The position numbers and the translations under genes are program-made. Below the pieces are notes generated by a model. It was not told the origin of the DNA. It ran no database searches and saw only the letters and a list, made by a program, of their open reading frames with translations. From the NCBI GenBank assembly GCA_022813865.1, contig JALDZX010000023.1:1-64000 (forward strand): a stretch of DNA of 64,000 nucleotides, in the 5' to 3' direction. Source of the stretch: Xylographa opegraphella. Lineage: Eukaryota. Positions 54,110 to 64,000 of this stretch are shown here, piece by piece. Within the stretch, counting starts at the first letter, position 1. Each line of letters starts with the position of its first letter.

Positions 54110-56038
54110 CTATTTCTCGCCGTTCATAGCACCACCAGCATCTCCAGCCTTCGTTGCTAACCACTCATCAACCAACCCTCTGTAATCGCTCTGCCCGTAG
54201 CACCCACCAAACACCTCTCCCATCCAGCCCCACCCTTTCCTCCAGCTCCGTAGCCCTAAATCTCCCAGTAGCAAATCGAAGAACGGGACCGAATCGAACA
54301 CGAAATCTGGTGCCCTCGCCCCGTAGCCCATTGCGCATCTCCACTTCCCGAACCTGTTGAACAGCGCGGTGTCGTACATCAGCTTGTCAGTCGCCTCTTG
54401 CTGAGCCTTCGTACCGTCTTCTAGACCAGGGAAGTCGATCTGGAGACGCGCTTCGTCTTTCGTACTCAGGCTTGCCACCGGCTGCTTCAGCTGATCGTGG
54501 AGATAGGCGTACGCCCAGAGGCTCGTGATCTCCGCCCGCACTACCGTCGTGATATTGAAGAGCATCCCGAGGAACACCAGATTCCGCTCGCCGCTAACGA
54601 CTTGGCTTGGAGGAGCAATGCTCCGCCACAGTCTCCACGGGGCGTATTCCTCTTTCTGCTTCCGGTCCTTGCGTATCCCCACATCCACGGGATTCTCGAG
54701 CAACGAGTTCTGATCCCTTATCGGCGCAGTCGCCAGTCGTGGAAATCTCTCCAGGATTTCCATATCAGCTCTTTCGTTCAGTGCGTGCCAGTCCTCCTTC
54801 TGCCCCCTCGAGTACTTTGTACTCGGCACCCCCCATCCTGCTAGCTTCTCCTCCGGCCCAAGCGGAACACCCGAATCGAATCTCCACCCACTGCTGCACA
54901 CCAGCGCATCTGTCTTCACCACCTCCCCATCCGCAAACCTCACCATTCCTCCACTCTCCAAACCTGCCACATCCTTCCTTGCCACCTTCACCGCTCCACT
55001 CCTCACGAATCCATACACGTCCTCCTCATAACTCAGAATCCCCAACCCACCCGCATACCAAAAGGCGCTCTCGCTCGGCACCAGCTTCTTCAGCTCCTCG
55101 TTGCCGTCAGTCAGCCCCGTCTGCTTCAGCGTCTCTTCGCAGAGCGTTCCCCAGAAACCGTCTACCACCTTCCGCCCTAATTTTGTCCCATGCAAGCAGC
55201 CCCTGATCCACCCAAACCCATCCGCATCTCCCCACACGCACGGCGATAACCATGTGAAGAAGCGCGTCGTGGTCAGCTTTTCTAGCCAGCATCGGAACGG
55301 GCCCAGGTACACGTATGCAGGCGCCATCCACGAAGGCCCATGCCCACTGCGGCGGATCACCCACGTGACCTGCTTGCCCGCGCTCGCAAACATGTACACG
55401 CAGTCGTGGGCGGCCTTCGAGCCCCCGTATATGGTGACGTGCTTAACATTCTCGTCGGCGACGAGAGTCTTTGCGACTTTCGCCAGGCTGGCGAAGTTCA
55501 CAATCGGGACGTTGAAGTTCTCTTGCCCGGCGAACCGGATCGGCATTGGCACGCAAGTCAAGCCTGTGCCGACCACTAGTTTCTCACACCGTATCTCATA
55601 GTTCTTCTGCCCTCCATCTTGGCCAGTTTCTCCACACTTGATCACCCATCCTTTACCACCCTCCGTCTCCTCTGCGCCCAACACCTTCGTCCGCAACCTC
55701 AGATACTCCCGCAGGCCCGCCCAGTCCACGAACCGCTCCATGTACTCGTGGATAATCGTCCCGGGGATATGCTGCCCGACCTTGACGCCGTACTCCTCTC
55801 CGCGCATAGGGAAGTCGCTGTACTCGTACGTGCCGAGCAGATTGTTGCTTTTGAGGCCAGGGTAAAGATTCTCTGTGGCCCAGACGCCGCCGACAGACGT
55901 ATTGGCGTCTAGGATGAGGAGTGAGGATGATGGTGCGCAGCGGTGAAATGTGGAGGCGGCGGCAAGGCCGGAGATTCCAGCACCGATGATGAGGGTGTGG
56001 ACTGAGGAAGAGGTCGGGGATACGGCTTTGGAGGTCAT
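54110..56038 (-). CDS. Class B flavoprotein monooxygenase (FMO-like), intronless
   Basis: First ATG at 56038 (MTSKAVSP). FAD motif IIGAGISGLAAA, VGGVW...YPGLKSNN, YEYSDFPM, LVVGTG, second Rossmann YGGSKAAHD, VCSSGW. Substrate unknown. Confidence 0.92.
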   Translation of the reverse strand: MTSKAVSPTSSSVHTLIIGAGISGLAAASTFHRCAPSSSLLILDANTSVGGVWATENLYPGLKSNNLLGTYEYSDFPMRGEEYGVKVGQHIPGTIIHEYMERFVDWAGLREYLRLRTKVLGAEETEGGKGWVIKCGETGQDGGQKNYEIRCEKLVVGTGLTCVPMPIRFAGQENFNVPIVNFASLAKVAKTLVADENVKHVTIYGGSKAAHDCVYMFASAGKQVTWVIRRSGHGPSWMAPAYVYLGPFRCWLEKLTTTRFFTWLSPCVWGDADGFGWIRGCLHGTKLGRKVVDGFWGTLCEETLKQTGLTDGNEELKKLVPSESAFWYAGGLGILSYEEDVYGFVRSGAVKVARKDVAGLESGGMVRFADGEVVKTDALVCSSGWRFDSGVPLGPEEKLAGWGVPSTKYSRGQKEDWHALNERADMEILERFPRLATAPIRDQNSLLENPVDVGIRKDRKQKEEYAPWRLWRSIAPPSQVVSGERNLVFLGMLFNITTVVRAEITSLWAYAYLHDQLKQPVASLSTKDEARLQIDFPGLEDGTKAQQEATDKLMYDTALFNRFGKWRCAMGYGARAPDFVFDSVPFFDLLLGDLGLRSWRKGWGWMGEVFGGCYGQSDYRGLVDEWLATKAGDAGGAMNGEK

Positions 56039-56997
56039 GGTGGGATGGAAGGTCGGGGTACTTTTGGAACGGAGAAAAGGTGTCGAGGGGATTGCCAAAC
56101 TGCGCAAGATAAGAAGAATTGCAACGCAAGGAAAACGTGGAGGACGAGGGCGCCTCGAGGGAAGAAAAACACAGAATCTCAATGTTTACAGGTAACAGTA
56201 CCAGGAAACAAGAACATCTTTATACCTTCTTGAGCAAAATGAAAGTGCCAGAGAGCAAGGGCGACGAGCTGAAAGGAACAGGTACATACACTAGGGTATG
56301 TTTGTCTCATCTCACCCTGAAGCGGAGGTACAATGACTGAATAAGCGATATCAATAGTTCAGACGGGCGATAGCAGCTCTGATGCGACAATGCGAGGCGT
56401 TGGGTGAACTATGAAGGTATGTAAGCTGCCAAATAAAGCAAGCGCTGAGAAATTTCTCAGTTACGCGAGTTGGCGACGTTGTTGCACAACAACGCCGCGC
56501 CCTGCAGAAGACTCCTGCGCCCTGCACACGATGGTCCTGAACTAGCATCGCGAAAAGTGCTAACGATGATGCCTGTGGGTGGAACTATAGGGCAAGGTGG
56601 GAGAGTAGGGAAATGAGGTGCAAGATGAACAGATTTCAGGGATGAGGCTTTGTCTTTTACTCCTCGCTACTGAACAATCAACCGTGTCTCGTCGGTCGAG
56701 TGAGATCAGCAATATCGTCCGCCGTGGAAGAGTATAAGGTGAGCACCAGTGGCTGGTGTGCTGACTATGCATGTATTAGTACTATTATATTGGCGCCATC
56801 GAACGAATATCAACACTACTCTACTCCAGAAAATAAGCGTCCGGGTTGGTCACGGCACTCCGGTCCTGACATTGCTGTGTGAAACAGAAGCATTGCGATG
56901 CCAAAGGGTGTCTGGCATCTGCTTTACGAGCAGTCTCAATTGCATCACTTCGTCCCTTCATCTGGCATATTTATGCGTCGTCTTCATATGTACATCA

Positions 56998-59728
56998 TTA
57001 CCACAGTTCACATACTGGTTCTTTCTCCTTGCATTGGAAACTTTCCTTGAACTCCCTCGAGTTTGCCATTGTACCCTGCCGTTCAAGTTAGTGGCTATCA
57101 TCCCACTGAACTGGTGGTAGGAACTCACGATTATCCGTGCATAATTCGGAGAATGCGGGTCCGTATAGACGCGATTAATGGCCTGCTCTTTCCGAGTCTT
57201 GCCACACCACCAATTACCATAAGAAATGAAGAACAACTGTTCTTTGGAAAAGTTCTGCAAGCCAGGTAGCATTCCGGAAGGGTCGGCCGCCTCCCTCGCC
57301 TTCCAAGCTTGGAAGGCTGCCGTCACTCCTCCCGCATCAGCGATGTTCTCGCCCAGGGTCAGCCGGCCATTGACATGAAGTGGCCGTCCATCAGGACCCG
57401 GAATGGTGTAATTGTGGTACTGGTCGACGAAGCACTCGGCCCTATCCTTGAAAGCTTGAATCGTGGAATTATCCCACCACCCCGTAAAGTTACCTCTCTC
57501 GTCGTAGTGGCGTCCGCTCGAGTCGAATGCGTGAGACAATTCATGTCCACTAACGGAACCAAATGCTCCATAACTCAGGTATTGGGGAATCTTCGGGTCG
57601 TAGAAGACAGGGGACTGCATTATTCCGGCAGGGAAAACGATCTCATTTCCTGCAGGATTGTAGTACGCGTTGACTGTGGAAGCCGTCATCCCCCATTCGT
57701 CCCGATTAGTAGGTCTGCCTGCTTTAGCCCACTCCCGCTCCACACCGGCCATAGCAATGGATATCGTGTTTTCAAAAAATGCTGTCTCATTGATGTGAAC
57801 CGTTTCGTAGAAATCCTGAAGCATTTTCGGATTTCTGATGTCGGGTGAGACAGTTGGGTAACCAATCTTCTGAACAATGTTGTGGACTTTATTGATACCG
57901 AGCTGCCTTACCTCGGGGGACATCCACTCCGCGGCTCCGAGCTTCTTAATAAACTGATCTTTGATATCCGATACGATCAAGTCACCAAAGTCTTTTGCCT
58001 CTCTAGAAAACGCCTTTTCAATGTAGAACTTGCTCAAGATCCAGCCTAATACATTAGTACCGTTCAGATCTTAGTCAATCGAGATTACTAACCTAGGCCG
58101 CGGTCTACATGTTTTACACAGGTTCTCCAACGTTCTTCTTTGACTTCAGGATCTTTCCCTCCGAGTTGGTTGTTGAAACGCTGCAACGGCTTGATCGCCT
58201 CGCTTTCAATATAAATACCGAAAACCTGCACAGTTTTCCAAACAAGATAAGCTTGGATGGTTTGCTTGTTAGTGCGTGATAATATTGCAGACACGGCTTT
58301 CAAATAGGACGGCGATCCCACAATGATTTTTTCTGGCGAGAATCCTGATGTCCGACTTGATATCAGGTAAGGAATGGACACCTGTGGCAATAGTGCACGG
58401 GCAGCCTCAAGAGTAAGCGGGTTGTAATACTTTGTCACATCTTGAGCATCTTCAGGATCCGGACTGGCCTCGGCGAGTTGTTTTTCGAAATCCACAAGGG
58501 AGTCCACGAGATCCTCACTCTCAATTACGAGTCCAGATCCAGTAACTCCTTGGGTCCACCAATATCCTAAAATTGTTGTGTTGGGGCCAGCTTCTCGAAG
58601 TAAACCCTCCAGTACTTGACCAATCGTTGACTTGTACATCCTGATCACTTCGGGATCGCTATAATACTCTTTCGATGACAGACCAGGTCGCCACGGAGCC
58701 ATGACCATCACGATTGTGGAATCAGGATCTTTGTCATCAGCCTGAGCAGGATCAGCGAGTACAGATAGGGATAAATAAGAAGACGAACGTCTACACCCAT
58801 TGACACCATAGCATCAACTCCAATGCTCATTAAGTACGATATCGCGTTAGACAGTTCCGTTTCTCCTGTGTAGAGAAAACCTTTCTGGTAATGCAAATCC
58901 ATTTTCGGAAAACTCTGTTGAGTCTGATGAGGTCTTTCAACCGGAAAAATTTCCTCGAGCTTATACAGGATCTGAAGAAGCGGAGTAGAAGCACGCTCCT
59001 TAATACTCGATTCGTCCACACAAGCCTTATAAGCCTGCTGTATTTTCTCAAAGTTCTCCTGATCTACAGCGGATGCGTCCGCTACATGAGCTACAGCCTT
59101 AGAAAAGGGGGACTCTAGAACATGGCGTAGTAGAATCTGCGAGTCTTCGTTCATAATTGTGCCAGTAAAGACATCTGATTGGTCATTGCGAAGATCGTGT
59201 CTCATGTCCCACCCCTCGCATACATATGTCCTGAAGTCATCACAAGGATCAATATTGCTAACATCTGGGGAAATGTTATGCAGCAGTTCCGAAGCCGCAA
59301 GAACGCAACCTGCAGTTGTGCAGACAGGAGTTGGTCCTTGAACGATAGGGCGGTCAGTATGGTGAATCACTGTGAGATGTAAGCATAGAATTAAGTATGT
59401 TTGTTGTAATGCGTGACTTGCATCCATATACACAAACTGCAACAGTACCCGCAGCCAACAAACAAGCCAGTACAACAATCACTAGGTTTTCCAAGGTCCA
59501 TATCACAGATTGCTTCAAGAAGCACACTAGTCGACGTTGAAGTGATGGAGAGCCGGCTTCAGAGTCCTGATACTCAGGCGCAGCGACGCCTTGTAGCAAT
59601 GGAGCGCTCTCACTATCCTGAACTCGCGATTTACCGTTCTTCTTTGGACCCAATATAGTATTCCTGCCATCTTCAAGGGTAGCTGCAGCGTCTTCAGGGG
59701 ACACTCCAGCCTGCCGAGCTTCGGCCAT
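56998..59728 (-). CDS. M13 neprilysin/ECE-like type II membrane metallopeptidase (exons 59728-59422, 59369-58789, 58741-58093, 58045-57129, 57075-56998)
   Basis: N-terminal TM segment, CTTAGCV...DPCDDFRTYVCEGW, VNAYY, EIVFPAGI, HELSH, GENIADAGG, DPHSP, C-terminal CELW*. Confidence 0.95.
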
Positions 59729-60276
59729 AGCTGCGTTCTCCTATAAAAGAACTGGAGATGCCAGATGCTACCTAACCACGGTTGTCAACCTGTGTGACCG
59801 ACGGATAACAGACGGATTTCAGAGTGGTAAACAGGACGACGTTGCTTGGCTCAAGATGGCTTAGCTATACGAAATTAAAAAGCCCGACAGCTCCTGGATG
59901 GACAGTTCAAGCTTGAGCCACTGTGGCTCTGAAGCCCGGAGGTAAACACTGAACTCGAGGAGCAGATCTACAGTACTTCGCAGGGGAGTGCGGGACTGTC
60001 CCGCACTAAGAGTAGGTTGGATCGCGGGAGCCTCAGTTCGGTGACGTTTCGGAAGCTTTACATCTGTGTGCCACGCGAAGCGCGAAGCTGCCGACACACT
60101 GGTTCTCGGCCTTCGACGAGGCAGCTTTGTCACGAACTCGGCAGAAAGTCCGTTTCAATCTTTCTCAAATTTGATAGCTCTGCTATCCGGGTAATTCTTC
60201 TGTTGCAAAAAGCATAACTGGATTGGACACCATTATGGGGACATGCTCTCTATGAGAGCTGAAGTACGCCGATGCC

Positions 60277-62904
60277 ATGGACATCGGAGACCTAAACCAC
60301 GAGTTCGATGATAGAGAGCAGACGAGTTTGGAAGAGCAAATTCCACAACAGAGGCAGCTACCACGCGATCTACCCAAATCCTTGGACGACCGTCGACCAG
60401 TTCACAGCTATGCCGGAGAGACCGAGATGTATGATGCTTGGCAGGGTATGCAGAGAGTCTTGACACCTGATACTCTTGTGGAGAAGTCAGCTCAATTGAC
60501 TGCCTAGGTCAATCACAGTACATTAATCCAATGCCTGTCTCCCCACTAGCATTCAAGCTGTCCATCGATGACAACGGCTACGGAGATCATCAATTCGGTC
60601 GTACAGCTGAAGATAATGACAGCCGGCTTATGGAGATGTTGGCTGCACAGGCAGCTCATCGGGAAGACGGGTCTATCGTTGGAGACGAGGATTCTGTGGC
60701 CTTGAATCCAAAGCTCTCGGACGAAGAAAAGAAGATGACACTACAAAAATCGTTGCACATGGCTGCGAGTAATGGAGATGTAGAACGTGTACGGAGATTG
60801 GCGTCTGGGAATTCGAGAAAATACATAGACGTTAATGGTGCCGATGAAGAAGGCACGGCGCCACTTATATACGCAAGTTGTTTCGTATGTGTACACTATC
60901 CTGCACACAAGCTCTTGTAGTTCTGATCTGGCACACAGGGCCATCAAGAGGTGGTGTCAGTATTGCTCGAGGCTGGCGCACAAGTCGATCGGCAAGACAG
61001 AAATCAATGGACGGCACTAATGTGGGCTATGACCAATCGTCACAAGGACATTGCAAGAATCCTACTTGATCATGGTGCTTCTCCAGAAGTCAAGTCCTCT
61101 TCTGGCAGAACAGCATTCGACTTCGCAGCGCCCAACAGCGAAATGTTCGATTACTTGCAAGAACAGGGTTACCACATCGGTGATGCAGGCATAGGGGAAG
61201 ACTTCTATGACACTGGGTTTTCCCAAGATCGGTTTGAGCAAGAGATGGAGGAGACTGAGATGAGACGACGAATGATGATGGAGAGTTCTAGAAATTTAGA
61301 AGTTGACCTCTCGAGTTTAGGCATGGATGAACGCCCAGAGGTATATAGAATCTTCAAAGTCTAATTATTATTTTTGCTAACCAGTATCGAAGCCGGCAGA
61401 TGAGTTGGACGATGAACATCAAGACTTTGTATGGGACAAGTGTTTACATGATCAAATGTTTGTTTTTCAGGAAACGGAACTTGAGCGCATTCTGGACATT
61501 GTCATCACTAGCATGACTCCTCAAAGAACCCCTTCCCAAAAACCAGTGCCGGCGAACATCTTATTTCTTAGTGCGCGTTATGCGCATTACCATGCAAGTC
61601 ATGAGCTCCTGGCTACTCTTCTGGTTTCGGCTATGGATAAAATTAATACGAAGGTCGAGCGACATCAGTGGGACATGACCGTCCTTGCCTTCTGGATATC
61701 GAATGCAACACTCCTTCTCCACTATCTGAAGAAAGATACAGGGTTAGCAGAGGCAACTACCGAGTTTCAGGTACAGCTCGTTGAGCTCATCAACGAGATT
61801 TTTATACTGATCATAAGAGATGCTGAAAGAAGAATGGATAAATATCTTGACGCTGCTATACTCGGTCATGAGACAATACCGGGTTTCGAGGATGTACATT
61901 TCGCGAATGAATGGAACATATTCCGATCGAAGAACAAAGTTCAGCCTCTGGAGCCCCTCGGAGTGAAGCCGCCAGCTCCAAATCGGAAAGTCCAGACTTC
62001 TCCGAGAAACATAACATCGTTACTATCGTCCACGCTTTTCGTTCTCGATCTTTATGATATACACTCGACTATAACGTCTCAGATATTAGCACAGTTATTC
62101 TACTGGATTGGTGCAGAATTGTTCAATCACATCATATGCAATAAAGCCTATCTTGCTCGCACGAAAGCTATGCAGATTCGAATGAACGTCTCAGTTCTGG
62201 AGGACTGGGCTCGTGCCAACAATAGATCGCCGGAGCATTACGAGAATGGTTCGCTCACTTCATCGGGGGAGAACACCATGGATGCTGCACGCAAGTATTT
62301 CATGCCCGTAATTCAGTTATTGCAATGGTTGCAGTGCTTTTCTTCGCTTGGCGACGACACGGAGGCATTCGAGAACACTCTAACACAGTTAACTCTTCTC
62401 ACGCCTCAACAGCTACTTCACTCGAGCACAAATTATAGGTGCGAAGTTGGTGAAAAGGGGTTATCCAGAATAACCAGGCGACGTCTGCTCGCCTTGCAGT
62501 CAGAGACGAAAAAGCGTCGTGATGACGCCCGGAAAGCTCGACGAAAGTCTTTGTTGCCGTCGAATCACACGCCTCCGCAAACCCCGAAGCGGACTTCCGG
62601 AGACGAGCATGTTATGTCGTCCCCACCACCAATGCGTATACCCAATGGCTCAGACGGCAGAGAGGACGACGAAATGGAGGAAGAGCAGTTCCTGATGGAT
62701 CCTGCCCACATGCTACAGTTCACACTGCCTACCAGTGTGGACCTTAGACTTAGCTATGGAGCCGGCTATGGTGGATTGAATCGCGAGCGCGAAAGAAAAT
62801 ACATTCCAACCATCCCTCCTGAATTTTTGGCGAAGCTGGATCTTGGTAGTGGCGGTAGCTTCCGAGAAACGTCGGAGTGGGACAAAAGTGGATTAGAGGC
62901 ATGA
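60277..62904 (+). CDS. Ankyrin-repeat and Dilute (DIL) domain protein (introns 60446-60507, 60885-60938, 61341-61392)
   Basis: Ankyrin repeats LHMAASNGDVERV, GTAPLIYASCFGHQEVV, WTALMWAMTNRH. Myosin-V tail/DIL signatures AFWISNATLLL, QLFYWIGAELFN, AMQIRMNVSVLEDW, LTPQQL...NY. Confidence 0.92.
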
Positions 62905-63280
62905 CGCTGGATCGTGATCTGAAAGCCCATGAACTCGCATAGCGTCGGAGTTGAACCTCGAATAAACACTTTTGATATGTTGGAGTGCTTCTCTGTACAT
63001 ATACTGACTAGTAGGTAGGCGAGGTAGTTTTGGAATGTACGAAGTAAAGTAGTGTAACACCGGTCTACGAGTGGGTGGCAACGACGAACGATTAATTTGA
63101 CGAATCCATGCCGTGCTAGTCGGGATCCTAACCCTTATCGATAACATAGGCGATCGCCGAAGTAGGCCGAAGCAACGGTGTGCAGTTATCTCATCCGTCT
63201 AACAAAGCACCGCACTATGGCTATCGAGTCTTTCTGCACTTCTCGAGCAGCAGGCTGGCTACATCTTATCTGTTGCGGCA

Positions 63281-64000
63281 ATGGACATCCAGACGCTCAC
63301 TCCAGGGCTGGTGATGCCCGCTGAACAGTTGCTAGACGATGCTGTTCCCTCGGAGCTGATAGACAAAACCTTTGGTTCAAACTGCATTGGTAGGTCTGAA
63401 TGCGTACGGATATAGGCCAAAGCTGAGGAGAAATTCCGCAGATCTAGCTTCAGCTGCTCTCAACTCCCGCATCCTTGCTTTCTCGGACGAATTCTTTGCC
63501 AGTGCCTCCAATCTCATCAATCCACACGCACCCGTTCATCGTCCCGGTGTATTCGTGCCGTCTGGTGCGTGGTACGATGGTTGGGAGACGCGGCGACATA
63601 ACACTGAACCTTTCGACTGGGTCATCGTCCGCTTAGGTGTTGCCAGTGGGAGACCTAAAGGAGTCGAGGTCAATACCGCATTTTTCAATGGGAACGAAGC
63701 CCCGGCCATTAGCGTCGACGGATGCTATGAGACTGGGGAAGATGCAGACAGTGTGGTTACCGAGAAGGAATTCTATGGATGGTCAGAGGTACTGGGCAAG
63801 AGACCTTGCGGACCCGGTCAGCGGCAGGCATGGAAGCTGGAGGGCCGACATGGCAGTCTCACTCATGTCCGGCTACGAATGTGGCCTGATGGAGGAATCG
63901 CAAGATTCCGTCTCTACGGCGAAGCTGTGCCCGTTTGGCCGTCTGATTTGACACAAGAAGTTGAGCTCAGTGCAGCGATCATGGGTGGGGTTGCGGAGAG
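63281..64000 (+). CDS. DAL2: Allantoicase, 5' part (intron 63390-63441; runs off the window end)
   Basis: Manual translation, absent from the ORF track: DLASAALNSRILAFSDEFFASASNLINP...GAWYDGWETRRHNTEPFDWVIVRLG...NTAFFNGNEAP...THVRLRMWPDGGIARFRLYG. Confidence 0.95.

Noticed and set aside
63637..63951. 104-aa ORF from the track
   Set aside because: Out-of-frame shadow of the allantoicase exon that runs off the window.

Overview
Intron-containing genomic DNA from a filamentous ascomycete (Pezizomycotina). The H3 K27-A28 variant suggests the Eurotiomycetes/Lecanoromycetes side, which is an inference. The window opens with a probable LTR end and a ~1.4 kb AT-rich, RIP-like block, followed by a decayed HNH-endonuclease pseudogene. 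The rest is mostly conserved core genes: a divergent histone H3/H4 pair, an Rpn4-like C2H2 factor, ARO1, an intron-containing tRNA-Ile(AAT), RAT1/XRN2, USO1, a polyQ protein, a TBC Rab-GAP, a KXD1-like protein, a protein with an MPLKIP/TTDN1-like C-terminus, SEC18/NSF, a Cir_N protein, an LTE1-like RasGEF, a flavin monooxygenase, an M13 peptidase, an ankyrin-DIL protein and the 5' part of allantoicase. Exon boundaries were assigned by hand. I found no multi-gene novel system that the sequence clearly supports. The best leads are a structured long intron in RAT1, an 11-12 bp motif shared in the same orientation upstream of three regulatory genes, the TTDN1-like protein, the HNH pseudogene at the RIP boundary, and a perfect 16-bp x8 array upstream of LTE1. 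Family calls come from motif recognition, not database searches.
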